From assembly GCA_022842685.1 (NCBI GenBank), contig JALHPC010000001.1, positions 10,905 through 74,904 of the forward strand: a DNA stretch of 64,000 nucleotides, written 5' to 3'. Shown here piece by piece: positions 1-8,525 of this stretch (positions are counted from its first letter, which is position 1; each line of letters starts with the position of its first letter). Under the pieces are notes generated by a model. That model saw nothing but the letters and a program-made list of their open reading frames with translations, did no database searches and was not told the DNA's origin. A program made the translations under genes and the position numbers. Source of the DNA: Candidatus Kapaibacterium sp. Lineage in GTDB: Bacteria > Bacteroidota > Ignavibacteria > Kapaibacteriales > Kapaibacteriaceae.

Positions 1-1609
1 AGATCGCCTTGTTAAACTGGCCAGCACCAATATCTGGGATAATGCCAGTGCGGTTATAAACAACCGTACCGTTGCGGCGAATAATCAAACGAACGGGTAC
101 GTTCGAAAGGTCCATGATACCACCGTTATTGAAGGTTGCTTCAGGGCGGATTGGACGGTTAGCGTACAGGAACGAGTTCGTGGTGTTGGGAACATTAATG
201 GACTCAACACCTGCTTCTTCGTTATAACCTACTTCAAACAGATAGTTTGACTGACCAGGACGTGGCAAACAGTCGTTGTAGTTGTTCTGATCAGGGAAAG
301 GAGTAATCAAGTCTGCACAAACCGACAAACTGTGCAAACCAACTTCGTGTCCAAGTCCAACAGCTGTATAGTTGCGGAACGTTACCGTTGTACGGGCGCG
401 AGGTGCTACCAACTGCTCTACATTGACAGTATCACGGTAGGCAACTACGCCTGAAGGGCTAGTAATCGTAGCAATGGCGTTAAACTCATCAACTGCCTGC
501 AAGCCAACGTTTTGGAACTGAGCTTCTACTGGAATCGCAACAGTGTTTGGATACTTGAATCGCGACGGTGGCTCGTTTGTGCGAGGCGAACGAATAAGAC
601 GTGTCGACATGTCGCGGTCAACAGCAATCGAGAATGTCTTGGTCCAATCGCTAAAGCAGCCAGCCGAACTGTTCACGGTAACGCGAACCTGATACTCGCC
701 TCCAATAGCGTTGGTCGTATTCAGAGCACCGTTAACTCCAGCAAGAGTCCCAGAAGCAGCTGGAACGTCAAATTGGAACGTGCGTGGGAATGGACCAACA
801 GATGGACCACTCACTGTGAACGTTGTGTTATTCGGATTTCCAACTTGGTGTCCTACGTAGACAGGATTGGTCTCTGGGAGGGGACCAGTGATTCGATACG
901 TCGTTTGAAGCTGCTGGTTAGCCGAACCAACGCGTAGCGTAACACTCGGACGAGGGTTGCCCGCAGTTCCATCGTAAACGTTTCCACGAGTAAGTAGACC
1001 CAGTGCGTCTGAAATGTCATCAGGGAACGACTGAACGATATCGCCACCGATAACTGCTTCAAAGTCGAGCGAACCGCCAACCATGGGGTCACATGGTCCC
1101 ATGCCAAACCCAACGTAAGGATAATGCATCCGAACGCGCATACGTGTCTGGCCTAGCAAGGCAGCACATGGCAGGTTGAACGTACCCACGAATGGTGTAT
1201 ACGTGAAGACGAAGCCAGCTCCATCATAAATGAAGTTGGCGTATATCCAGCCCGTCGTTACCTGCTCTGTTGCAGCGAAGGTTCCGTCTTGATTGAGATC
1301 AATCCAAACAGCAACCTGGAACGAAAGGGTTTGACCATTCTGAGCCAACACCGTGATTGTCGTAGGAACCTGCCGAAGCATGTTTACGACAGCACCCGTG
1401 TTCGTGTAACAGTTCGCGTTACAGAATGGGGACACATAGTCCAAATCGTTGCACGTAACACGTGCGATGCCACCATACGCCCCCCACCCCGGCGCTTGCG
1501 TCGGGATACAGTATTGGGCGAAGGCGTCGTTAGATGCGAACATGAACAGAGACAAGAGGAACGCTCCTGTTACCCTGCCAAGTCGCGTCGAGAGGTACCG
1601 CTGCACCAT
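1..1609 (-). CDS. Secreted surface protein, N-terminal 536 codons only (gene continues past the left edge): signal peptide, GEVED-like domain, Ig/CARDB-like repeats
   Basis: Not in the ORF track because there is no stop in the window. Hand translation of the minus strand from ATG 1609 stays open to nt 2. It starts with the signal peptide MVQRYLSTRLGRVTGAFLLSLFMFASNDAFAQ. YCIP, VWIDLNQDGTF, GQTRMRVRM and GGSLDFEAV are GEVED-domain landmarks. Later AIPVEAQFQNVGLQAVDEF and PEATFNNGGIMDLSNVPV resemble CARDB-type beta-sandwiches. Confidence 0.75.
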   Translation of the reverse strand, partial: MVQRYLSTRLGRVTGAFLLSLFMFASNDAFAQYCIPTQAPGWGAYGGIARVTCNDLDYVSPFCNANCYTNTGAVVNMLRQVPTTITVLAQNGQTLSFQVAVWIDLNQDGTFAATEQVTTGWIYANFIYDGAGFVFTYTPFVGTFNLPCAALLGQTRMRVRMHYPYVGFGMGPCDPMVGGSLDFEAVIGGDIVQSFPDDISDALGLLTRGNVYDGTAGNPRPSVTLRVGSANQQLQTTYRITGPLPETNPVYVGHQVGNPNNTTFTVSGPSVGPFPRTFQFDVPAASGTLAGVNGALNTTNAIGGEYQVRVTVNSSAGCFSDWTKTFSIAVDRDMSTRLIRSPRTNEPPSRFKYPNTVAIPVEAQFQNVGLQAVDEFNAIATITSPSGVVAYRDTVNVEQLVAPRARTTVTFRNYTAVGLGHEVGLHSLSVCADLITPFPDQNNYNDCLPRPGQSNYLFEVGYNEEAGVESINVPNTTNSFLYANRPIRPEATFNNGGIMDLSNVPVRLIIRRNGTVVYNRTGIIPDIGAGQFNKAI

Positions 1610-1793
1610 AAGACACTCCGTGAGAATGTTGTTAAACAAGCCAGTCAATAGTTGTCAATCTCTCGTTACAACCCGTGTTCTTCGTATGTCTCGAAGAGCA
1701 CAAGACTGCAACGCTTCAATACCAAATCCTCACCTCGTGAGGGCTTGGCATCACGAAACTTACCAAAAGGTTTCCAAACTGTCAAGCAAAAAG

Positions 1794-4700
1794 TTATCTA
1801 CGGTTAATAGATGGACTTTCACCGCCGAAGCGTACACCCAGAACTGTCGTTCCGTCAACACGTACATACTGCGGTGTTTGCGAGAGATATCCGCCTCCGT
1901 ATGGAAACTCGATCTTCCGTGTACGACCGCCAGAGATGTCAAGGAGACCATTTGTTACACCCTTGGGCGGAACCACCGCCTTGCCGGCCGGCAGACCAGT
2001 CCACAACGAGGGCCGCTCTTGGTTGACGACAGAAAGAACAAGGTCGCGATCTGTAGAAGTTCCGCCTAAAGGAACGATCGTTCGACCGTCTCCAGGCACG
2101 TTGAAACCGGCGCGCAGCTGCTCAACGGCGGCAAAGCCACCCTTACCGTCACCCATCATAACCAGGCCTCGCCCAGCGTCGTACTTTATGATCTCGCGGT
2201 CGGCCCCCATAAGGTTACCCGATGTAATGACGTCGAGATTGCCGTCGCCGTCGACGTCGACCACGTATGCACCGTACAGCGGCGCCATTTGTACCTCAGC
2301 AGGCAGGATGTTCATCGTAAACCGACCTGTCCCGTCGTTGACGAGCACCATGCTCGCCAACTCAGTTGCCTTGCGCGTGTGGACGGTATCAAGGGCCTCC
2401 GGCTCTGCTTCAAACATGTTTTCAAATGGTGTGCGTGCGAATTGTTCGAACGAGTTGAACCGACGCTGCAGTGACGGCATCTGACTGAGTATCGTCGATC
2501 GGTCTCGCATAACCCACTCCTTATCACGCTGGAAGTACGTGATGATGGGGTCGGTACTGCCATTATCGTCAAAGTCGGAAGCATGTATCCGGATAGGATT
2601 CTCGGTCGATGGTCGGCCGAACCGCGTGTTCCAACCGAGGTTACCTGCGACGTAGTCCATATCGCCGTCGTTATCTACATCGGCTGGTACAATGACATTC
2701 CAGAATCCATGTGCGTCAGCTAGGCCCGCCTGCTTGGTCGTCTCGGTGTATCGCCCGCCATTATTGGTGAACAGCCGTAGCGACATCCAATCGCCCCCAA
2801 CGATGAGGTCGAGGTCGCCGTCGTTGTCAACGTCCGTCCAAAGGGCAGTCTTAATGAGTCCGCTGTATCGAAGGCCAGGAGCAACCTCCTCTGTAATGTC
2901 GACGAATCTCCCTGCCTCGTTCCGAAGAATACAACTTGCAGGACTCAACGGATACGCACCCGGGATGATTCGTCCACCGACGAAGAGATCAAGGTCGCCG
3001 TCACCATCAAAATCGGCAGCAGTCACAACCGACGAGTTAACGCGCATGTCTGGCAAAGCTCCTTCAGGGGCCTTTGCAAATCCCCCAGCTCCATCGCCAA
3101 GGTATAAACGATCTTGTGTCTCTGGCTCTCCCGTCTCCGCTTCTAAACTTCCGCTGGCAACATACAGATCCAGATGCCCATCATTATTGGCATCGAAGAA
3201 CAATACGCCCACATCTTCATACACGGAGTCAGCAGCAAGTACAGTCGGTGTACGCTCTTCTACGACTCCAGCCGACGTCTGCAAAAGAAGGCGTCCAGGT
3301 TTGCCAGCAGCCCCACCTACGTACACATCGTCGAACCCGTTGCCATCAACGTCGCCAAGTGCAACGCCCGGCCCCTCCCACGACACTCGCCAAGGCAAAA
3401 GCCGCTCGCGTTTGAAGTCGTCGTAAATATTCTCTTCGTGCTTCTTCTCGAGAGGTGTGCCAGACGTCTCCACACGAGAGAGCAACTGCGGCACATCCGT
3501 TGGCGTGATGTTCGTTCGAATGGGCTTAGCAGTACTGCGCTTAACAACATGCCGCTTGTTCACAGCAACATCATACAGATGCGTTTCACCACCCGCATGC
3601 CACTGTACGATAACGGTGTCGATTGTTGTGGCATCGCCAACGCCAAACGAGATGAGCGGTTCAACACTCGACATAAACCCACGCGAAACAGCAAGTTCTT
3701 GCACCTGTTGCTGGCCCTTATACTTGAGCACGACCTTGCTGCCAAGCCCCTTGGTGTTGCCCCATGTTTCGTTATCCAGCACAAACTGCAGCCAGTTACC
3801 TCGACGCTGCTCTACCGCCATGTTGCGATAGATATGCACCGTAGTGTCGAAGTTGCACACGATGTAATCCCAATCGCCATCGCCATCCAAATCAGCATAG
3901 GCCGATCCTAGTGACACCGACTTGTCATTAACGCCCCACGTCATCGAACTATCACCAAAGGTTAGGTCGCGCTTATTGTGAAAGCCAAAATCGGGCTCTC
4001 GCAACGGAGGCATTTTCTTCAACTTGTTGTCCGCATCGCCCTGAACGTTGTACACGTAATCCTGATCGGACAAATCCTGTAGGTAGCCATTGACGATAAA
4101 CAGGTCCTTCCAACCATCTAGGTCGGCATCAAAGAACAAGGCTCCCCACGACCAGTCAGTGGCCGCAACACCTGCACCAAAACCAATCTCCGAGAAGGTC
4201 CCGTTGCCGCGATTCAGCTGCAAGGCATTGCGCATCACCTGGTTAGAGTCAAACGACGGATTGTACGACGAGAAGTCACCCGATGCTCCACTGCGACTGA
4301 TGCGCCGAAAGTGGTCCATGGGATACATGTCCACTGACACAATGTCTGGCCAAAGATCGTTGTTAAAGTCAGCGACGTCGGTTCCCATACTAAACACCGA
4401 CATATGCCCGATGGCGTTCTTCGTCTTGTTTGCAAATGACGCGTCACCGTTGTTGATGTACAGGATGTCTCGTGCACCAAAGTCATTGCTGATATACATG
4501 TCGGTATGACCGTCATTGTTTACATCAGCCGCAGTGCAGCTTAGCGTCATGCCCCTATCAAGAATCCACGATTCGTAGGTGTAGTCTCGGAATGTCCCCT
4601 TTCCATCGTTGGCAAAGAAACGATCGGGCACACCATAGTGCCGCAGTTCGTTATACGATGAACCGTCTCTTGAAGCGGCACCTGGATGCATCAGATTGTA

Positions 4701-5492
4701 AATCTCCATCGCCTCTGGCGAGTCAATGGTCATCCCAGGATCATTCGTGTACCTCGGTGTTGCTCCGTCGTGCGTCCTTCCACGGTCAACAGCACGTTGC
4801 TCCTGCGGTAGCCGTTGCTGTTCGATGTACGTATCACGATTATGCCCGTAGTACGCAAGGTACAAGTCTAGGTCACCATCCGAGTCGGCATCAAAAAACG
4901 TCCCACACACGATTTGGCCCTTTACTTCTAGGCCGCGCTCCTTGGCACGATTCGCAAACCGACCCTTGCCATCGTTGATGAACATTCGTATCGGCTGCTC
5001 CATCCTACACACAAGCAAGTCAAGGTCACCGTCACCATCGACGTCAGCCAGTGTAAGCCCCGAAGGCAAGGTACAATCAACATTCCCAATGGCCGATGCG
5101 GTGATATCCTTAAACTTCCAAGCCCCAAGGTTCTTGTACACTCGCAGGCCCTGATAGTAGTTTCCAAGGATAAGGTCTGGACGTCCATCGCCATCGATGT
5201 CTCCAACGGCTACCCCGCCACCAATCACCATGTACTTGGCCGACGTCGAGTCGTTGATGTCTTTCATCTTGGCACGATCGCCAAACCACACATTACTGTA
5301 GGCGGGGTTTACCCGCTGAAAGAGCGTATTGGGATCGCGGCCGGGTAGCGTCATTCCGGGCGCCATGGTGCGCTGCTGTGCAGCCTTTCCCCCTTCAGAT
5401 CCGCCCTTGCGCTGCTGCCCCATGGCCTGCCCCATTCCAGCTATGATAAGGGGCATCGCGATACTGACGGCAAGTACTCCGATATGCCTCAT
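1794..5492 (-). CDS. CRTAC1-like FG-GAP/VCBS repeat protein with UnbV/ASPIC-like domains, secreted
   Basis: 1232-aa ORF with ATG at 5492 and signal peptide MRHIGVLAVSIAMPLIIAGMGQAMG. Many DxDGDGxxD calcium-loop repeats (DIDGDGRPDL, DVDGDGDLDL, DADSDGDLDL, DFDGDGDLDL, DVDNDGDLDL, DVDGDGNLDV). Internal UnbV/ASPIC-like block GLGSKVVLKYKGQQQVQELAVSRGFMSS...VIVQWHAGG. Confidence 0.85.
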   Translation of the reverse strand: MRHIGVLAVSIAMPLIIAGMGQAMGQQRKGGSEGGKAAQQRTMAPGMTLPGRDPNTLFQRVNPAYSNVWFGDRAKMKDINDSTSAKYMVIGGGVAVGDIDGDGRPDLILGNYYQGLRVYKNLGAWKFKDITASAIGNVDCTLPSGLTLADVDGDGDLDLLVCRMEQPIRMFINDGKGRFANRAKERGLEVKGQIVCGTFFDADSDGDLDLYLAYYGHNRDTYIEQQRLPQEQRAVDRGRTHDGATPRYTNDPGMTIDSPEAMEIYNLMHPGAASRDGSSYNELRHYGVPDRFFANDGKGTFRDYTYESWILDRGMTLSCTAADVNNDGHTDMYISNDFGARDILYINNGDASFANKTKNAIGHMSVFSMGTDVADFNNDLWPDIVSVDMYPMDHFRRISRSGASGDFSSYNPSFDSNQVMRNALQLNRGNGTFSEIGFGAGVAATDWSWGALFFDADLDGWKDLFIVNGYLQDLSDQDYVYNVQGDADNKLKKMPPLREPDFGFHNKRDLTFGDSSMTWGVNDKSVSLGSAYADLDGDGDWDYIVCNFDTTVHIYRNMAVEQRRGNWLQFVLDNETWGNTKGLGSKVVLKYKGQQQVQELAVSRGFMSSVEPLISFGVGDATTIDTVIVQWHAGGETHLYDVAVNKRHVVKRSTAKPIRTNITPTDVPQLLSRVETSGTPLEKKHEENIYDDFKRERLLPWRVSWEGPGVALGDVDGNGFDDVYVGGAAGKPGRLLLQTSAGVVEERTPTVLAADSVYEDVGVLFFDANNDGHLDLYVASGSLEAETGEPETQDRLYLGDGAGGFAKAPEGALPDMRVNSSVVTAADFDGDGDLDLFVGGRIIPGAYPLSPASCILRNEAGRFVDITEEVAPGLRYSGLIKTALWTDVDNDGDLDLIVGGDWMSLRLFTNNGGRYTETTKQAGLADAHGFWNVIVPADVDNDGDMDYVAGNLGWNTRFGRPSTENPIRIHASDFDDNGSTDPIITYFQRDKEWVMRDRSTILSQMPSLQRRFNSFEQFARTPFENMFEAEPEALDTVHTRKATELASMVLVNDGTGRFTMNILPAEVQMAPLYGAYVVDVDGDGNLDVITSGNLMGADREIIKYDAGRGLVMMGDGKGGFAAVEQLRAGFNVPGDGRTIVPLGGTSTDRDLVLSVVNQERPSLWTGLPAGKAVVPPKGVTNGLLDISGGRTRKIEFPYGGGYLSQTPQYVRVDGTTVLGVRFGGESPSINRR

Positions 5493-5525
5493 GATCTACC
5501 TCGAGCTGTTCAGATTCTTCGTATG

Positions 5526-5609
5526 TGCTTGGAGCGGGGCTTGAACCCGCACGTCCCGAAGGACACGGGATTTTAAGTCCCGTGCGTCTACCAATTTCGC
5601 CATCCAAGC
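5526..5609 (-). tRNA. tRNA-Leu (anticodon TAA)
   Basis: 84-nt cloverleaf read by hand. Acceptor GCTTGGA/TCCAAGC; anticodon stem CGGGA/TCCCG with loop CTTAAAA; long variable arm TGTCCTTCGGGACGT; T arm GCGGG-TTCAAGC-CCCGC. No encoded CCA. Confidence 0.9.
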
Positions 5610-5650
5610 ATGACCAACCTGTAAGTTAGCCAATTCGTGCCACGTTGTGG

Positions 5651-6304
5651 CTATGCTGCGCTCTTTCGCTGCCGCATCTTGTGTCGTACATACTCTATCA
5701 CACCAGGCATCACACTCAGAATGATGATTGCAAGTATCACCAAGCTAAAGTTCTTCTTGATTGCCGGCATGTTGCCAAACCAATATCCCAACAAGCCAAA
5801 GCCGGCAACCCACACGATGCCCCCTACCACATTGTACAGGAGAAAGCGTGGATAGTGCATGTTGCCAACTCCAGCTACAAAGGGGGCGAACGTTCTTACA
5901 ATGGGCATGAACCGAGCAAGGATGATGGTCTTGCCGCCATGACGCTCGTAGAAGGCCTGCGTACGCTGGATGTATTCGGGCCGTATGAACCGACCCAACC
6001 TGCTGCGAACAATCACGTCGCCAAAACGCCGCCCGATGGTGTAGTTGAGAGAGTCACCAATGATGGCTGCAACGATAAGCAGGAGAACAAGCAGGCCTAC
6101 ATCAAGCGTTCCAATGGCACAGATGGCCCCCGCTGCAAAGAGCAGCGAGTCGCCAGGCAAGAACGGCGTTACAACGAGTCCGGTCTCGGCAAAGACAATC
6201 AGAAAAAGAATGGCATACGTCCACACGCCGTACTGCGAGGTGATGGCCGCCAAATGAACGTCGATGTGAACGATGAAGTCAACAAGGGCAAGAACGTATT
6301 CCAT
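5651..6304 (-). CDS. DedA/VTT-family inner membrane protein
   Basis: ATG at 6304 overlaps the TAA of the upstream gene (TAATG). MEYVLALVD...[22 protein letters not shown] is the DedA signature, followed by several hydrophobic segments. The longer track ORF (to 6385) would overlap the upstream gene. Confidence 0.85.
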   Translation of the reverse strand: MEYVLALVDFIVHIDVHLAAITSQYGVWTYAILFLIVFAETGLVVTPFLPGDSLLFAAGAICAIGTLDVGLLVLLLIVAAIIGDSLNYTIGRRFGDVIVRSRLGRFIRPEYIQRTQAFYERHGGKTIILARFMPIVRTFAPFVAGVGNMHYPRFLLYNVVGGIVWVAGFGLLGYWFGNMPAIKKNFSLVILAIIILSVMPGVIEYVRHKMRQRKSAA

Positions 6305-6933
6305 TAGCTGCACACCAAAATCGACTCGTTCACTCGTCCCACAATCTCCGCTTCTACGGCCCGGCCACCGTCCTTGGCATACCAAGCGTGAACCGCAGCG
6401 TAGATACTCTCCTTCTCTACTCCGGCCGCACGCTGTTCAGCAAAGAGCAGCTGAGCAGCCTCGGGTCGGGGTCCCCACGTCCAACATTCACGACCAGCTT
6501 GGTCGAACACAACAATCTTCGGAATGCCTCGCGACCCATTAGTGAGATAGCGATCCATGATGTCGAGGTTATCGTCCCTGTCGATAATAGAAAGCGTCAC
6601 ATTGGGCGAAGCCGCTGCGATTGCGGCAATGGCAGGTAACGACTGCGAGCTATCTCCGCACCAGTCCTCGGTAATCACGATCCATAGCTGTGGCGCAGTG
6701 ATGCGCTGCATGGTCTCTAGCGTATCATGTGATGGCTGAAAGGTCTTCAGCACCCGTTGCATGCGTTGCACATTCAAGCGTCGGTAGTCATGATAAGGGT
6801 CGTCGGCTGTCGACGTTGCGGCTCGCTGCTCGGCACGTTGCAGAAAGGCGCCAAAGGATCGCCCAGCAGCCGCTCTGCCGTCTAAGATGTTGTCGAATGT
6901 CATTGCGAAAGAGCTGTTGTTGTTAAGATGCAT
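6304..6933 (-). CDS. Thioredoxin-fold protein with monothiol WCGDS motif
   Basis: ORF 6304..6954 (GTG at 6954; in-frame ATGs at 6933 and 6903; start uncertain). [14 protein letters not shown] and GIPKIVVFD fit a thioredoxin-like fold with CxxS instead of CxxC. Confidence 0.7.
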   Translation of the reverse strand: MHLNNNSSFAMTFDNILDGRAAAGRSFGAFLQRAEQRAATSTADDPYHDYRRLNVQRMQRVLKTFQPSHDTLETMQRITAPQLWIVITEDWCGDSSQSLPAIAAIAAASPNVTLSIIDRDDNLDIMDRYLTNGSRGIPKIVVFDQAGRECWTWGPRPEAAQLLFAEQRAAGVEKESIYAAVHAWYAKDGGRAVEAEIVGRVNESILVCS

Positions 6934-6956
6934 GAGATGCCGCGGAACAGACACGA

Positions 6957-7871
6957 CTACACGTGAAGTGCCACACGCACGCGGCCCGAAGCAGCGGCAA
7001 GACGTTCTTCGGCCTCGGTTCGTGGACAGTGCAGATGGGCCATCACCAGGGCAGTTTTAACACTACCGCCTGAGTCTTTTAAGAGCGTCATGGCCGTTGG
7101 ACGATCTACCTGACCAAGCACCTCGACGATACGTGTGGCACGAGCTACGAGCTTGGCATTGGTAAGTTGAAGGTCGACCATGATGTTGCCATACGTCTTA
7201 CCTAGGCGCACCATGGCAGCAGTCGTAATCATGTTCAGTACCAGTTTTTGTGCCGTGCCGGACTTCATGCGTGTAGACCCGGCAACGACTTCAGGACCGA
7301 CAACTGGGCACACGGCTGCGTCCACAAATGGTACACGTTCGCAAACGTCGGCCTTAGGATTGGTCGACACAATGGCGGTAAACGCTAGGCGCTGCGCGGC
7401 TTCGAGTAGAGCTCCAAGTACAAACGGCGTGCGGCCGCTTGCAGCAATCCCCACCACGACGTCATGTTCGCCCACGTTGCGCTCGGCAATCGCGGCAGCC
7501 CCCTCGGCGGAATCGTCTTCGGCGCCTTCTTGCGAGCGGAACACGGCCTGAGGGCCACCGGCTATGATGGCTTGGACCAAATCGGGATGGGTTCCGTAGG
7601 TAGGCGGGCACTCCGACGCGTCTACCACGCCAAGGCGGCCGGACGTTCCAGCCCCCACGTACAGCAGGCGTCCGCCTCGTTGCATTCCTTCGGTCACCGC
7701 ATCAACGACGGCGGCCACATCGTCGAGCACAGCAGCCACGGCAAGGGGTACCGACTGGTCTTCGGCATTGATAAGGCGCAACATCTCGATCGTACTCATG
7801 GTATCGATCGACGCGGACCGTGGGTTTACGGCTTCGGTAGATAGCCGTTCGAGATCATCTATCAGCGACAT
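6957..7871 (-). CDS. murQ: N-acetylmuramic acid 6-phosphate etherase
   Basis: SIS-domain etherase motifs LSTEAVNPRSASIDTMS and GRLLYVGAGTSGRLGVVDASECPPTYG. ATG 7871 (MSLIDDLERL) gives the normal ~304 aa. The upstream part of the track ORF runs into the rpsT gene. Confidence 0.9.
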   Translation of the reverse strand: MSLIDDLERLSTEAVNPRSASIDTMSTIEMLRLINAEDQSVPLAVAAVLDDVAAVVDAVTEGMQRGGRLLYVGAGTSGRLGVVDASECPPTYGTHPDLVQAIIAGGPQAVFRSQEGAEDDSAEGAAAIAERNVGEHDVVVGIAASGRTPFVLGALLEAAQRLAFTAIVSTNPKADVCERVPFVDAAVCPVVGPEVVAGSTRMKSGTAQKLVLNMITTAAMVRLGKTYGNIMVDLQLTNAKLVARATRIVEVLGQVDRPTAMTLLKDSGGSVKTALVMAHLHCPRTEAEERLAAASGRVRVALHV

Positions 7872-7876
7872 ATCGG

Positions 7877-7884
7877 CAAAGGTA
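7877..7884 (-). promoter_or_regulatory. Candidate -7 promoter box TACCTTTG, 5 nt upstream of the murQ ATG
   Basis: The minus strand reads TACCTTTG-CCGAT-ATG. This matches the Bacteroidetes sigma-A -7 consensus TAnnTTTG. No TSS data. Confidence 0.4.
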
Positions 7885-7934
7885 CGGGCCACGAAGTTTT
7901 TTCGGCGCCCCCTTGTTGGTTTCGAATCAGGTGG

Positions 7935-7942
7935 TATATTTG
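7935..7942 (+). promoter_or_regulatory. Candidate -7 promoter box TATATTTG for rpsT
   Basis: Exact TAnnTTTG match 37 nt upstream of the rpsT ATG (7980), in the 108-bp murQ/rpsT divergent spacer. The same TATATTTGC string occurs upstream of rpsL. Confidence 0.5.
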
Positions 7943-7979
7943 CGGTCCTTACAAAACAGACAACACGAGTCAACGGTAC

Positions 7980-8240
7980 ATGGCACATCATAAGTCAGCC
8001 CTCAAGCGCATTCGGCAGACGCGTACGCGCAAGCTGTACAACCGCGGCAATCGCAAGTTGATGCGGGAAGCAGTCAAGGCAGTTCGTCTAGCAACGGATG
8101 CCGGCACAGCGCGCGAGCTCCTGCACAAGGCATACAGCATCCTAGACCGCGTTACGGCACGTGGCATCATTCATAAGAATGCTGCTGCCAACCGCAAGTC
8201 GTCGTTGGCCGCTCACGTGCGCAAGCTCGAGCAAAAGTAA
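7980..8240 (+). CDS. rpsT: 30S ribosomal protein S20
   Basis: MAHHKSALKRIRQTRTRKLYNRGNRKLMREAVKAV..., 86 aa, typical S20. Confidence 0.95.
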   Translation: MAHHKSALKRIRQTRTRKLYNRGNRKLMREAVKAVRLATDAGTARELLHKAYSILDRVTARGIIHKNAAANRKSSLAAHVRKLEQK

Positions 8241-8279
8241 GCTCGGCGCCTAGCGCGTTTCACGCACAGACAATCGAAC

Positions 8280-8353
8280 GGACCCGTAGCTCAACTGGAT
8301 AGAGCATCTGACTACGGATCAGAAGGTTTGGGGTTCGAATCCCTACGGGTCCG
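8280..8353 (+). tRNA. tRNA-Arg (anticodon ACG)
   Basis: 74-nt cloverleaf read by hand. Acceptor GGACCCG/CGGGTCC; D arm GCTC-AACTGGATA-GAGC; anticodon arm TCTGA-CTACGGA-TCAGA; T arm TGGGG-TTCGAAT-CCCTA; discriminator G. Confidence 0.9.
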
Positions 8354-8363
8354 CTTCATGATA

Positions 8364-8412
8364 GCCGCAACATTATTAGGTTTTTCGACCTACCGATGTT
8401 GCGGCTTTTTTT
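8364..8412 (+). terminator. Rho-independent terminator after rpsT/tRNA-Arg
   Basis: GCCGCAACAT (8364-8373) pairs with ATGTTGCGGC (8396-8405), with inner TAGGT/ACCTA pairing, followed by T7 (8406-8412). Confidence 0.7.
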
Positions 8413-8424
8413 GTTTGCGGTGCC

Positions 8425-8523
8425 TCCCGTGCAAACGTCCCGTGCAAACGTCCCGTGCAAGTGTCCCGCGAAGCGTCCCGCAAAGCGTCCCGCAAAGCGT
8501 CCCGCAAAGCGTCCCGCGAAGCG
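8425..8523. repeat. Head-to-tail tandem array: 3 x 13-mer plus 5 x 12-mer
   Basis: TCCCGTGCAAACG x2, TCCCGTGCAAGTG, TCCCGCGAAGCG, TCCCGCAAAGCG x3, TCCCGCGAAGCG; 99 bp counted by hand. Intergenic, between the tRNA-Arg terminator and the stop codon (8526) of the convergent gene. Confidence 0.9.
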
Positions 8524-8525
8524 CA

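Noticed and set aside
1610-1793. TTGACA-N17-TTAACA and a CCTCAC/GTGAGG hairpin between the FG-GAP gene and the GEVED gene
   Set aside because: The -10 element is poor, the hairpin is only 6 bp with a weak T-tract, and it is inconsistent with the promoter type seen elsewhere in the window.
2692-3911. Several 110-245-aa plus-strand ORFs
   Set aside because: All are antisense to the 1232-aa FG-GAP protein, whose repeat motifs are unambiguous.
5645-6307. 220-aa plus-strand ORF
   Set aside because: It is antisense to the DedA membrane protein gene and has no supporting features.
8425-8523. Considered as a CRISPR array
   Set aside because: The units are 12-13 nt and directly abutting with no spacers, and there are no cas genes in the window.
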